Below, piece after piece: positions 1 through 9,388 of a stretch of DNA of 64,000 bases. The notes under the pieces are model-generated. The model did not search any database. It saw nothing but the letters and a program-made list of their open reading frames with translations, and was not told where the DNA came from. The stretch comes from an uncultured Pseudobdellovibrionaceae bacterium (lineage in GTDB: Bacteria; Bdellovibrionota_B; Oligoflexia; Oligoflexales; Bog-1112), in contig CAZSXR010000001.1 of NCBI GenBank assembly GCA_964611335.1, forward strand, positions 744,020-808,019, written 5' to 3'. Within the stretch, counting starts at the first letter, position 1, and the number at the start of each line of letters is the position of its first letter. The translations under genes were made by a program, and so were the position numbers.

Positions 1-362
1 GATTTTAACGCGTTCTTCAACCGCTTTGTGATCTTTCATTGCCATTTCTATAGGATTGCTAAGAGGCCCTTTTGCCTGCGTTTCCAAAGAATCAGCACGT
101 CCATCCCAGAAGAAGGCAGAGTAAACTTGGGAGTTCCAAACGGTGGGAGCTTTTCTTCCTCCAACCTGTCCTTTAACTCCCACAGAGTTGGGACGCCCAT
201 CACTGCCATTTCCCATAACATTATGGCAGGAGTTGCAAGATACGGTTCCGTCATCGGAAAGCCGAGGGTCAAAATACAGTTGTTTCCCGAGTTCAACGAG
301 TGTTGTGTTTTGCGTATACGCGTAGGGACTTGAGAGAAGCAAAAGAAGAGAGAGGATTTTCA
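1..362 (-). CDS. di-haem cytochrome c peroxidase (CcpA/MauG family), N-terminal ~120 codons; gene runs off the left edge
   Basis: Absent from the ORF track because no stop lies in the window. My reverse translation from the ATG at 362-360 gives MKILSLLLLLSSPYAYTQNTTLVELGKQLYFDPRLSDDGTVSCNSCHNVMGNGSDGRPNSVGVKGQVGGRKAPTVWNS..FWDGRADSLETQAKGPLSNPIEM. It shows a signal peptide, the LGKxLYFDPRLS box and a CxxCH haem motif, all family hallmarks. It supersedes track ORFs 28..333, 48..296 and 143..325. Confidence 0.8.
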
Positions 363-587
363 TAGGAACTCCTGAACGTTGGTTTTTCCAAACAGAGACA
401 ATTTAAAATGACGCTTGAACTGTGAGAATTTTTTAAGAAACTTCGCTGTGAATCTTGACATATTGGGATGGGTTTGAATATTTAGATCCTGTTGATTCTA
501 AACGAGATTTTGCCATTTCTTGATAAAATATGAATTTTTTGCTATACTCATCTTAGTAAATCAAATTTCACCAATCCGGAGGACCTC

Positions 588-1481
588 ATGAAAATCCTAA
601 ATATTTCTACATTCCTTTCTATACTATTTTTCCAATCCACCTTTTCCAAGGCTACTAACGCAGAAAATATATTTGAGCATTCTTTTACGCTTATTGAAAA
701 TAATGGCTTTGAGGATTCTCAAATTCAGATTTTTTTAGAATTTTTAAAAACTCATAAAGATGAAATAAAGAACATTCAAATATCGAAAAATCCAGTTGGC
801 CCTTGGGAGAAAATAGGGTCTGGAATTTCAAAATTAGTTCTGAGGCATCCTGATATGGGTGCTTTTGTTTTTAAATTTGATAATTGCAATGGGAATCACT
901 GCACTGCTAAAACTGAAACCAAAAAAGAAATAGAAAATTTAAAAGATATTCAATATCAAATTTCTTACAGAAATTTAAATCAGCTCAAAACTCCAAAAAC
1001 TGGATACTTTAAAAATGAACTTGGTGAGTTTTTAATTGCTGAAAAACTCACATCCTTTAAACAAGAAGATGTTGAAAAAATACAATCTGCTTTTTTAGAT
1101 GGAAGTCAAGTCGAGGAAGCTATGGATCAATTTTCTCGTCTTGTCTCACAAACGCATCTTTGTGAGGTCAGGCCGGATAGATTCGTTCCGTTCAAATCTC
1201 AAAATTCTGGTTGGTCTTATGGAATTATAGCTTACGATAAATCGAATAATCCTATTTATGGTCCTTATATCAATATTTACGATTTTGATTGCGTTGGTTT
1301 GTATTATGATCGTCATGAGCATGAAACTCTATCTGGCCTTTATTTTGACTGGGTTGCTGGCATGAGTCAGAACCATCGCATCGTTGTTCATAGTACATTT
1401 TCAATGGTTCTTTTGGGAGCTGTAACTTCCTTTTTTGTGAACATGCTGAGGGCCAACCAAGATCTTTTTAATGCGCAATAA
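588..1481 (+). CDS. hypothetical secreted/membrane protein (N-terminal signal peptide, C-terminal hydrophobic helix)
   Basis: 297-aa ORF with GGAGG 7 nt upstream of the ATG, signal-like N-terminus ILNISTFLSILFFQSTFSKA and hydrophobic C-terminal segment MVLLGAVTSFFV. Weak kinase-like strings (HLCEVRPDRF, IYDFDCVG) are not strong enough to call. Confidence 0.6.
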   Translation: MKILNISTFLSILFFQSTFSKATNAENIFEHSFTLIENNGFEDSQIQIFLEFLKTHKDEIKNIQISKNPVGPWEKIGSGISKLVLRHPDMGAFVFKFDNCNGNHCTAKTETKKEIENLKDIQYQISYRNLNQLKTPKTGYFKNELGEFLIAEKLTSFKQEDVEKIQSAFLDGSQVEEAMDQFSRLVSQTHLCEVRPDRFVPFKSQNSGWSYGIIAYDKSNNPIYGPYINIYDFDCVGLYYDRHEHETLSGLYFDWVAGMSQNHRIVVHSTFSMVLLGAVTSFFVNMLRANQDLFNAQ

Positions 1482-1483
1482 AA

Positions 1484-2491
1484 TCATTCCGTTTTCTGAT
1501 GCTGGAAATACAAACTATGGTCACCGAATTCGGAGGCTATAAAGTTGCTGCTTGCATGGATATGTCCGACTGTATAGGAGTAAACACCGCATTCGTCCTG
1601 AGCAGAGTGTTCTCCTATCACTGTATAGAGATGCAAGCCTTCACCTTTTCCGTTGATTACTTTACGGAAGTCTTCACCCTCCTTAAGATTTGCAGTCATC
1701 GCTTTTAATTCTTCACTAGGAACAAAACGTAAACGATAAGGAGCTTTGATTTCAGAAACACTGTTACCGTTTTCTGTGACGGAAGCCATGTGCTTAGTTG
1801 TCAGTGCGGTAGTTTTTCCTTTGCAGCCGATGCTTTTTAATCCGAGAGCAAAACTTTTTTCCAAGGCCTTAGCAGCAAAGCTGTGCGGAGGCTCTATCAC
1901 ATTTGAAAATGTGTTTTCAAAAATATGGGGACTGCTCTGTCCATCTAAGGAGTACATGGCCATAATGTTTTTGGATGCCTGTCCGTCGATAAGAAATTTA
2001 AGACCGAACCCGGGTAAATAAGAGTTTTTTTCAGGAGCTTTCGCAAGAGAGATACGGAGAAGCCCTTCTTTAGCACCTGTTTCGAAAAGACCTGTATAGG
2101 GATGTCCCTTTTCTGCATCGAAGCGGACTTGGATGACAGATCCTGAGGAGTGTATGTGTTTTTTTCTATCTTTTATCATCGTATCGCTGCCGTGAGTAAA
2201 GGCTTTGATTGCAAATAAAGGATTGAATAGTTGGAGTTTGGATGCTCCGGTGTCTTCATAAGGAGGGATGACGTGGTATTGAGTCTTGATGATGTCCTTC
2301 CAGAGTTGGTTTTTTTTCTGTGCTGCAGAGAGTTTTTCGTAACTTATATTTTCTTCCTCAGTGACATCGGTTGCAAGAAGATTGTAGGGAACGTCGAGGT
2401 CTTGAGAGTCGTCATGAGGATCGAGATTTAAAGTTGCAGCTTGTTGAAAAAGGGGAACGCCTGCGAGGAGAATCCAAATCGGGAATTTCAT
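1484..2491 (-). CDS. secreted hypothetical protein, possible catalase-related (haem) fold
   Basis: 335-aa ORF with AAGGAA Shine-Dalgarno (SD) and signal peptide MKFPIWILLAGVPLFQQAA. HSSGSVIQVRF, LLRISLA and PGFGLKFLIDG resemble the catalase HxxGxxxGxF, RxS and GFAxKF blocks. This is pattern-level similarity only. Confidence 0.55.
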   Translation of the reverse strand: MKFPIWILLAGVPLFQQAATLNLDPHDDSQDLDVPYNLLATDVTEEENISYEKLSAAQKKNQLWKDIIKTQYHVIPPYEDTGASKLQLFNPLFAIKAFTHGSDTMIKDRKKHIHSSGSVIQVRFDAEKGHPYTGLFETGAKEGLLRISLAKAPEKNSYLPGFGLKFLIDGQASKNIMAMYSLDGQSSPHIFENTFSNVIEPPHSFAAKALEKSFALGLKSIGCKGKTTALTTKHMASVTENGNSVSEIKAPYRLRFVPSEELKAMTANLKEGEDFRKVINGKGEGLHLYTVIGEHSAQDECGVYSYTVGHIHASSNFIASEFGDHSLYFQHQKTE

Positions 2492-2545
2492 ACAGATTCC
2501 TTAAAAAAGTTCGCTGTATAGGAACATAAACTTTATTAAGAAAAA

Positions 2546-2839
2546 CTAAGAAAAATAAAAAATATCACCGCTAATCGAGAATGATTTCTTCAAATGTGGG
2601 GCATCTTTTTTCGTAAAACCTTTGCGCCCTTGTATCCAGTCACATTGGAATTTTCTACAGAGTTGGGGTCTGACTTCATAAATTCCACAACCTTTTTCCG
2701 TGAGATAACGACAGGGAATTCCCGCAGCTTTAGCGATATCTTCTCCTGTGTCGTAGCGAGTTGTGTAACCAGGTTGGGATTCTATACGCAGATAGGTACA
2801 ACACGCCGTACAGGACATACACGTGCGTTTGAGTTCCAT
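2546..2839 (-). CDS. YkgJ-family cysteine-cluster protein (UPF0153)
   Basis: CMSCTACC (CxxCxxCC) followed by CRYL..GCGIYEVRPQLCRKFQC. I prefer the internal ATG at 2839 (MELKRTC), which avoids overlap with the upstream gene ending at 2847. The track ORF extends to 2920. Confidence 0.7.
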   Translation of the reverse strand: MELKRTCMSCTACCTYLRIESQPGYTTRYDTGEDIAKAAGIPCRYLTEKGCGIYEVRPQLCRKFQCDWIQGRKGFTKKDAPHLKKSFSISGDIFYFS

Positions 2840-2846
2840 ACTGCCT

Positions 2847-3782
2847 CTAAAATTTGATGTTCCACAACAGTTGAAATTGTCCTTGAGTAAATGCTGTCTT
2901 CCAGGTGTTGTTTGTTCCATTCTGATTCACAATATTGTCGCTGCTGAAAACAAGTCCTAATGTATGAATGTCGTTCACGCTCCAATCCAATTCAGGTTCC
3001 ATAGAAACCGTATAAGACCAGCTGTTATTAAGAGGAGCAGCATCGTGGTAGTTTCTGTATTTTGTAGTTCGAAAGTAGAAGGGCATACTGAAGAGTAAAG
3101 TTTTTGTAAGGATGAGATCTGTTGTTTGAGAGAAGTAGTGTTCGAATACAGGGTTTGCAATTTTTTTAGAACGTGTTGTGTATCCATCCTTTCGAGAAAT
3201 GAAAAAGGAGGGAATGTATGCAAAGTCTGCTTCCATAAAAGAAAAAACTTTATGTTTAATGCTGAAGTAATTGCGAACAAGTGTGATGATCCCTTGGTTG
3301 ATTCTCGAAGGGAAATTATCTCCTCGTGATGCAAGAGGTAAGAAGACTCGATTTTGTATGGAAAAAGCAGTGTTTTTACTTTGGCTCTCCCAGAGTTTGC
3401 TCCACTTCATGCTGAAGTAAGAGTCTTGCCAACGGAAATCTGGTTCATTGAAAGCGTTCTTTTTTTCTCTCGCATCGTAAAGGTCGTTTCGAAAGAATTG
3501 AACATAAGACAGCTTTCTATTTTCATTAAAAGAATGAGTAAGCTCGATGGCGTTTTGTAAGTAGAAGGATCCTGATTGAGGAGAGAAATTCGGTCGAAAT
3601 TCTATGGAATGCGCTTTCTTTTGCTTTATATCGAGAAGTCTGGAAGCTTTTTCACCGATTCTTTCTTCGAGGGAACTTCGGGTTTCCGATCTCCCCTTTG
3701 CTTTCGGGATTCCAGATGATTTTTGACCGTAACTGAGAGGTGACATAAGGAAGAAGAGGACGAGAGAGTGACGAAATCGCAT
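2847..3782 (-). CDS. putative outer-membrane beta-barrel protein (hypothetical)
   Basis: 311 aa with signal peptide LVLFFLMSPLSYGQ, alternating aromatic/hydrophilic beta-strand pattern and a C-terminal aromatic residue (..LLWNIKF) typical of BAM substrates. Confidence 0.6.
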   Translation of the reverse strand: MRFRHSLVLFFLMSPLSYGQKSSGIPKAKGRSETRSSLEERIGEKASRLLDIKQKKAHSIEFRPNFSPQSGSFYLQNAIELTHSFNENRKLSYVQFFRNDLYDAREKKNAFNEPDFRWQDSYFSMKWSKLWESQSKNTAFSIQNRVFLPLASRGDNFPSRINQGIITLVRNYFSIKHKVFSFMEADFAYIPSFFISRKDGYTTRSKKIANPVFEHYFSQTTDLILTKTLLFSMPFYFRTTKYRNYHDAAPLNNSWSYTVSMEPELDWSVNDIHTLGLVFSSDNIVNQNGTNNTWKTAFTQGQFQLLWNIKF

Positions 3783-4003
3783 CTTTTGCCTTTCTTTTTA
3801 AAATGTCGGAGCCTTTCTTTCATTCTAGCTCAGTTTTCAAAAACCAAGTCAAATTTTCAGAGTAAAGTTAGTGGCGAGGCAACAAAAACTTAGAAGTCAA
3901 ATTCTGACGTACTCTGTTTAAATTATTCTCAGATCTCATTTGTTATAGATCGACTAAGATTCAAAATATTAAATTTAACACGAATTTCAGAAGAGGTGCT
4001 TCT

Positions 4004-4552
4004 ATGAAAGTTCCAAGAGTTGTACTATTTTTCTGCCTCAGTGTGTTTTCGATAAATGTTTTTGCATCCTCAGATCTTGATGATGGTGAAAGTTTAGAGC
4101 GATTCGCAAGAGGTGAGCATCACACGTTAGTGCTTACATCAAAAAAACGTCTTTTAGCTTACGGTCGAAACGAAGAAGGACAGTTGGGTATTGGGGATTA
4201 CCTCAATAGAAGATTACCCGTTCTTGTGAATCTGAATTTAAAATGGAATGAGTGGATAACGGATTTTCAAACTGGCAAATACCACTCTGTTGTTCTCACA
4301 AGTCTGGGAAGAGTTTTTGTTTTCGGCCTTAACAATACAGGTCAGTTGGGTTTGAAGAGATTTCATTATCTAGATTCTCCCCTTCCTATAGAACTTGATG
4401 TCGAACTCTCATATGGTGAGAGAATTCAAAAGATCGATGTTGCAGGATTCTACACGAAGATAGTTAGCTCTTTTGGAAGAGAAATTCTCTTTGGTGGAGA
4501 ACAGGCTTACATGCATGTTAAACAGTTTTCCGACGTATTAAACATCCTGTAA
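4004..4552 (+). CDS. short secreted RCC1-repeat protein (about 2.5 blades)
   Basis: Signal peptide VVLFFCLSVFSINVFASS. RCC1 repeat signatures are HHTLVLTSKKRLLAYGRNEEGQLGIGD and YHSVVLTSLGRVFVFGLNNTGQLGL. The 3' end overlaps convergent pncA by 46 bp. Confidence 0.65.
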   Translation: MKVPRVVLFFCLSVFSINVFASSDLDDGESLERFARGEHHTLVLTSKKRLLAYGRNEEGQLGIGDYLNRRLPVLVNLNLKWNEWITDFQTGKYHSVVLTSLGRVFVFGLNNTGQLGLKRFHYLDSPLPIELDVELSYGERIQKIDVAGFYTKIVSSFGREILFGGEQAYMHVKQFSDVLNIL

Positions 4553-5121
4553 ATATTCTCTACTGCGGAAGGGTCCATCCCTCGACATCCCTCTTGAATT
4601 AGAAAGCTTTGAAAACCAAAATTCCTTGCATCTTCTGCCGTGAATTTCACACAGTAGTCTGTGGCAAGCCCCATAATGTGGACTTCTCTTATCTCATGTT
4701 CTTCGAGGTATTTTCTAAGTTCCGTTTCTTTTGAGGCAGCGTTATCGCGAAAGGCACTGTAACTGTCTACGTTCTCATCCATTCCCTTATATATGATTTT
4801 ATCTATGAGAGGGGAGACAGCTTCTAATTCTTTTGGAAATTCTGATCCCCACGTATTCTGCACACAGTGATCAGGCCATAGGGTTTGTTCAACAGATCCA
4901 AGCAATATAGAGTCGAAAATTTTTTTGTCCGGGTATTCGCTTGCAAAACTTTTATGTTTGGGCGGATGCCAGTCTTTACTCGCTATGATTTTGTGGAAAA
5001 AACCCTTGTGGTTTTTAAGTAAACGGAGAGCAACCGGAATCACTTCGTTTGCATGAGGAACTGCCAAAGATCCGTTTTCTAGAAAGTCATTTTGAATGTC
5101 TACGAGTATAAGTGCCCGCAT
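4507..5121 (-). CDS. pncA: nicotinamidase/pyrazinamidase (isochorismatase family)
   Basis: MRALILVDIQNDFLENGSLAVP, DWHPPKHKSFA, LWPDHCVQNTWGSEF and GLATDYCVKFTAEDA match the PncA catalytic Asp/Lys/Cys and metal-site context. AAGGAA SD upstream. Confidence 0.9.
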   Translation of the reverse strand: MRALILVDIQNDFLENGSLAVPHANEVIPVALRLLKNHKGFFHKIIASKDWHPPKHKSFASEYPDKKIFDSILLGSVEQTLWPDHCVQNTWGSEFPKELEAVSPLIDKIIYKGMDENVDSYSAFRDNAASKETELRKYLEEHEIREVHIMGLATDYCVKFTAEDARNFGFQSFLIQEGCRGMDPSAVENIYRMFNTSENCLTCM

Positions 5122-5139
5122 GATTTGATTCCTTTATGC

Positions 5140-5166
5140 AAAAAAAAAGACGTCATAAAGACGCCT
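5140..5166 (-). terminator. Rho-independent terminator downstream of the SCO1-like gene
   Basis: Minus-strand reading is GGCGTC-TTTAT-GACGTC (6-bp stem with one G-U pair, 5-nt loop) followed by T9 (the A-run 5140-5148 on the plus strand). Confidence 0.65.
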
Positions 5167-5193
5167 TTGATTTCATCTGGGATGACAAGAAGC

Positions 5194-5892
5194 TTAGCTA
5201 GCTGTGTTTGCTGCTGTAGCAAGCTGACGTGCGTCAACTTCTAGCTTTGCAAGTTCTTCTTCAGAAGCGCTGTCGTAGTATCCTTTGATGCTACCATCTT
5301 TGTCGACGAGTACGATGCGTGTAGAGTGTGTGTTCACATCTTCTGCACCACCGAGTTTCATCTGTTTTTGCATAACGTCATGGATGCTTTCTTTGCTTCC
5401 TGTGAGGAAGAACCATTTTTCTGGGTTTGCTTTGAACGTTTCAGCATAAGCTTTGAGCACCTCTGCTGTATCGTGCGCAGGATCTACAGTGATAGAAACG
5501 AGTTTTACGTTTGCATCGTTAGCAAATTTTTCCTGGAGAGCTTCCATCTTTTTGTTCATCAAAGGGCATGGGCCTTTGCATGTTGAGAAGAAGAAGTTGA
5601 AAAGGAGTACATTGCCATTCATTGCTGAAAGTTTGAATTCCTGACCAAGTTGGTTCGTTAGAGTGAAGTCCGAGAGCTTTCCAAAATTTGCAGATACATC
5701 ATTTCCTGCATGCTCAGTTTCGCTAGCTGCTTCTGCTTGAGCAACTCCTTCGGAAGCTCCTTGTTCCGCAGAAACTTCTGCTGGGACAGATTCAGAAGGG
5801 GTGCTTGTTTGAGAAGCATCTTTTTTGCCAAGAAAAAAGTACACACCAGCTGCGAATACAGCCATCACCACGAGATACACCAATTTACGCAT
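5194..5892 (-). CDS. SCO1/SenC family copper chaperone / thiol-disulfide oxidoreductase
   Basis: N-terminal membrane anchor LVYLVVMAVFAAGVYFFL. Thioredoxin-fold block LLFNFFFSTCKGPCPLMNKKM carries CxxxC, with a later H(S)TRIVLVD histidine block. Confidence 0.8.
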   Translation of the reverse strand: MRKLVYLVVMAVFAAGVYFFLGKKDASQTSTPSESVPAEVSAEQGASEGVAQAEAASETEHAGNDVSANFGKLSDFTLTNQLGQEFKLSAMNGNVLLFNFFFSTCKGPCPLMNKKMEALQEKFANDANVKLVSITVDPAHDTAEVLKAYAETFKANPEKWFFLTGSKESIHDVMQKQMKLGGAEDVNTHSTRIVLVDKDGSIKGYYDSASEEELAKLEVDARQLATAANTAS

Positions 5893-6023
5893 TTACATTC
5901 TCCATAAAGATTAAAAAAGAACACGGCAAAGCTGTGTACACTAAACTTTTTCCAAATGCAACCGATGTACTGGGGACTTTTTTTTAGAGCGGGTTTTTAT
6001 GAAAGGCGTGAATTTCTTTCCAA

Positions 6024-7652
6024 TTATTTCCACTCCGCCGCAGCGATTCCCACAGCTGCAGGTGTAGGGGGAAGAGAAAAAGAGCTGAGATTTTTGGGAA
6101 GCAAAGTTACGTTCGTTCTAAAAAATAGCGGAATACTAGGCAATTCTGAAGTGTAAGACTGCTGGAAAAAATCCATAGAACGTTTGCGTTCCGCTATGTT
6201 GATAGAACTTGCAAATTTTGCAAGTGCATCATCCACACGTGTGTTGATCCAACCTGGAAGATTTTGCCCCGAGTAAGCATTGTTCAAACTCGGGACTGCA
6301 TTTGAGTGATAAAGTGTTTTTGGATTTTCAAAGGGGGTGAGCTTCCATGCATACAAGGCAAGTCCTGAAAATTTACGTTGTGCAAGGGCCTCGCGGAAAT
6401 CGTATAAAGATAAGGTTTTAACCGTCGCTTGTGCACCTATAACTTTCCACGCTTTGACAAGGTAGTTTGCAATGCGTATGCGCATAGGATCTTCCACCGT
6501 CAGTATTTCGAAAGACAAAGCACGGGCTCTTTTCGTGCAAATACCCTGATTACCTAACTGCCAATCTGCGGAAGCGAGAAGCTCCTGCGCCTTTTTCGGA
6601 GAAAAAGGGTACAGAGAGACATTCGATGAAAAGAAAGGATCTCCGGGATGTACAGGGCTTACAGCAGGAATAGTCCAATCTTGTGTCAGTGTTTTTAATA
6701 GGACTTCTTTGTCTATGGCGTGAGCAAGTGCTTTGCGAACATGCGAATCTTGAAAAATAGGATTGTACAAATTGAAATCGATATGTTCGAAAAAATAACT
6801 GTCACTACTGATCTGTGTGAATGCTTTTTTATCCAAAGTATTCAGCATCGAAAGCGTTTCATTCCACGCACTCAAATCGAGTGCCATATTGATAGTTCCG
6901 CTTTGCAATGCTTTTCCTATTTCATTTGTGCTTGTAAAAAATTGGAGTTGTATATTTTCTAATTTTGGAATGAAGAGTGCGTGTGCATTCCGAGTAAAAT
7001 TAAAAACAGTGTCTTTTACAGCTTCGACAAGGAAAGATCCGTTGTAGAGGCCTGGATTTTTCGCGTCATTGATATAGTTTGTATTCTCAAAATAATGAGC
7101 CTTATCTTTTTCATAAAGAGCCTCATCTATGTGAGAAGATACGATGATGAAGGCATTCAAAATAGGATAAGGATCCATTACACCGCGAAGTTGTATGGTA
7201 AAATGTCGCGTTTCTTCAGGACGAATGTAAATGTAGTCTATTTCTTGTAGCAAATTGGGTGAACGTGAACTTGGGGGAAGATTCTGTATAAGCTGCCATG
7301 TAAACGCAACATCTTTGAGTGTTAAAGGTTGACCATCTCCCCATTTTACATCTTGTGGAACTTCTATATGTATAGCAAGTTTTTGCACACCTGTTTTATC
7401 TGTGAAGAGTTCTATGCCTTTGTTGGCAAGACTGGGAAGCTGTGTACAAAGTCTACATTGCCAGTTCCAACCCTTTTCTAAGCTGATCAAAGGAAGCATA
7501 GTAAAAGAGTGACGCAAACTTTGTGTTTCTGTTTGTGTAAAAAGTGGATGCGAAAGATGGGAATCTCCCAATGCTCCTATAGATAGATTCTGAGCGTTTA
7601 AAAGTGTGCTGACGCAAAAACATAAAAAGAATATTTTAGAAAGCCATCTCAT
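6024..7652 (-). CDS. ABC transporter substrate-binding protein, family 5 (peptide/nickel type)
   Basis: 542 aa with signal peptide. VKWGDGQPLTLKDVAFTW is the family-5 W-x-DG-x-P-x-T-x-x-DV signature. The start ATG overlaps the upstream permease stop (ATGA at 7649-7652). Confidence 0.75.
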   Translation of the reverse strand: MRWLSKIFFLCFCVSTLLNAQNLSIGALGDSHLSHPLFTQTETQSLRHSFTMLPLISLEKGWNWQCRLCTQLPSLANKGIELFTDKTGVQKLAIHIEVPQDVKWGDGQPLTLKDVAFTWQLIQNLPPSSRSPNLLQEIDYIYIRPEETRHFTIQLRGVMDPYPILNAFIIVSSHIDEALYEKDKAHYFENTNYINDAKNPGLYNGSFLVEAVKDTVFNFTRNAHALFIPKLENIQLQFFTSTNEIGKALQSGTINMALDLSAWNETLSMLNTLDKKAFTQISSDSYFFEHIDFNLYNPIFQDSHVRKALAHAIDKEVLLKTLTQDWTIPAVSPVHPGDPFFSSNVSLYPFSPKKAQELLASADWQLGNQGICTKRARALSFEILTVEDPMRIRIANYLVKAWKVIGAQATVKTLSLYDFREALAQRKFSGLALYAWKLTPFENPKTLYHSNAVPSLNNAYSGQNLPGWINTRVDDALAKFASSINIAERKRSMDFFQQSYTSELPSIPLFFRTNVTLLPKNLSSFSLPPTPAAVGIAAAEWK

Positions 7653-8752
7653 CGTGTTTCTCTATCCAGAGTCAAAAATTGCCATACGATAATGATAGCA
7701 ATCCATGCGTTAGCAAGCCAACCTGCGAAAAAGGGGTGCAGAGTTCCTGATGCACACAGAGCTTTGCTTGCACTCAGTATAAACCAATAACTCAAAGCTA
7801 GGGCGAGTGCCAGAAGCATGCTTCGTATCGTTTCGCTCGTTCTCTCTGTTCTGTATCCAAAACGCAGTCCTAGAAAGCTGATCAGAAGCGCAGCAAAGGG
7901 ATACCCAAATTTCATATGCCATGCGATGTGATAGCTGACGACATCGGATCTCTGTTGTCCGGTTTCCAAAACACGATTGATTTCCCACAAACTCAATTCG
8001 AAAGGAGTGCGTCGATCAAACATCAGTCTTTTAGGCTCGATCGGTAGCTCCATTTTCAAATGAGAAAGAGAATGAGTTTGAGAAAGTCGATGTGCTTCGT
8101 CAAGTTCGAATATTTTGACTTGGGAAAGCATCCAATTTTTATCGGAAGGTGCATAGAGAGCCGTCTTTGCATTTATAATTTTAAACGGTGCGAAGTTTTC
8201 TTTAGAGACATAAAGAATCTTTACGGATTCCAAACTTTGTTTCACAGTATCGTAGGCTTTGAAATTCACAACGAAGTCGGGGGAACGTATCCAGTGAGCC
8301 CCTTCATTGATACCAGCATCCTCTCCTTCTATACGAACCTGTTTTATAAAGTGCGCCCTGCGTGTTGTATAAGGGATTACGAATTCACCAAGCAAAAAAG
8401 ACGTAACACTCAGTATAAAACCTCCAACGACAAGAGGTGATATCAAACGCAAGGGGCTCATGCCTACTGCACGCATCGCAGTCGCTTCTCCTGAACGTGC
8501 AAGTAATATCATCACAACGACAGAGGCAACGAGCGATGCTATGGGAATTGCTTGGTAGAGTTCAAATGGGACTTGCAAGAGATAGTATTCGATAAGGAGT
8601 TGAGCAGAAGGATTGTATTTTCCTAAATAAGCAGTCGTTTTTTGTATGAAATCAAAAAGTATGAAAAAAAATAAACAAAGAACGAGTGTTCCACTTGTGA
8701 ATCGAAAAAATTCTCGGAGCATATAACGGTAGAGGATCATAAGTGAACACAC
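7649..8752 (-). CDS. LPS export ABC permease, LptF/LptG (YjgP/YjgQ) family
   Basis: MILYRYMLREFFRFTSGTLVLCLFFFILFDFIQK is a typical family N-terminus, followed by multiple TM helices around a periplasmic beta-jellyroll-sized insert. Start is either GTG 8752 (GGGGGA 8 nt upstream) or ATG 8740. Confidence 0.85.
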   Translation of the reverse strand: MCSLMILYRYMLREFFRFTSGTLVLCLFFFILFDFIQKTTAYLGKYNPSAQLLIEYYLLQVPFELYQAIPIASLVASVVVMILLARSGEATAMRAVGMSPLRLISPLVVGGFILSVTSFLLGEFVIPYTTRRAHFIKQVRIEGEDAGINEGAHWIRSPDFVVNFKAYDTVKQSLESVKILYVSKENFAPFKIINAKTALYAPSDKNWMLSQVKIFELDEAHRLSQTHSLSHLKMELPIEPKRLMFDRRTPFELSLWEINRVLETGQQRSDVVSYHIAWHMKFGYPFAALLISFLGLRFGYRTERTSETIRSMLLALALALSYWFILSASKALCASGTLHPFFAGWLANAWIAIIIVWQFLTLDRETR

Positions 8753-8754
8753 TT

Positions 8755-8788
8755 GAAAAATCCCCCAACTTTATACAAGTAAGGGGGA
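8755..8788 (-). terminator. possible hairpin/terminator after the HU gene (weak)
   Basis: TCCCCC (8761-8766) pairs with GGGGGA (8783-8788), with a 16-nt loop and a U5 tail on the minus strand. The long loop, and the fact that one arm doubles as the SD of the downstream permease, make this uncertain. Confidence 0.35.
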
Positions 8789-8809
8789 CTTATTTTTTGG
8801 GATTAAAGA

Positions 8810-9091
8810 CTATGGTTTTTGTTTGATATTTTCTTTAAGAGCAGCACCTGGGCGGAAAACAGGAACTACACGTGCTGGAATCTTAATGCTTGCACCTGTT
8901 TGTGGATTGCGACCTGTGCGAGCTTTGCGTTTTGCTGTTGCAAAAGTTCCAAAACCTACAATTTTGACACCTTCTTTTCTCTTCATGTTCTTTGTGATTG
9001 TTGAGAGAAAAGCTGAAAGCCATCGTTCACTGTCTGCTTTGGTTTGTCCTGTTGTCTTAGACAGCGTCTCAACTAGTTCGGCTCGATTCAT
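8810..9091 (-). CDS. hup: HU/IHF-family DNA-binding protein
   Basis: MNRAELVETLS..VKIVGFGTFATAKRKARTGRNPQTGASIKIPARVVPVFRPGAALK is the canonical HU arm (RNPxTG) and fold. AGGAG SD upstream. Confidence 0.92.
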   Translation of the reverse strand: MNRAELVETLSKTTGQTKADSERWLSAFLSTITKNMKRKEGVKIVGFGTFATAKRKARTGRNPQTGASIKIPARVVPVFRPGAALKENIKQKP

Positions 9092-9388
9092 TCGATCACT
9101 CCTAAAAAATTACTTTATTATAAAGATTTAGTTTAAAACCAAATCTCACAACAACCAAGCTTCTAAGATTCGGAAGTTCCTCTTTGCTCTCTATCTTATC
9201 TTTTACGGAAATGAGAACAAAGGTGTAATGATCATTATATGACAATAAACACTCGTGGATGCAAGTTGAATTGAGTGAGTCGTTACCTTGAACCAAGTTT
9301 CATCCCCGTGTTATCCTAAAAGGGAGGTGTAGCAATCGCTTCCTTTGTGTTTGCAAAACGTAATCAATGACGTTCTTTGGAGACAAAG

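Noticed and set aside
3846-3903. Direct repeat aagtcaaatt at 3846-3855 and 3894-3903 upstream of the RCC1-like gene
   Set aside because: A single 10-bp AT-rich repeat pair in AT-rich intergenic DNA is too weak to call a regulatory site.
9102-9296. 64-aa minus-strand ORF in the HU upstream spacer; also searched this and other spacers over 100 bp for tRNA/ncRNA genes
   Set aside because: It has no SD. I found no cloverleaf-compatible acceptor/T-arm pairing or conserved GTTCRA box in any long spacer (363-587, 3783-4003, 9092-9388, 15416-15557, 17436-17589, 19720-20033, 23798-24221, 30138-30345, 32021-32256, 55906-56126).
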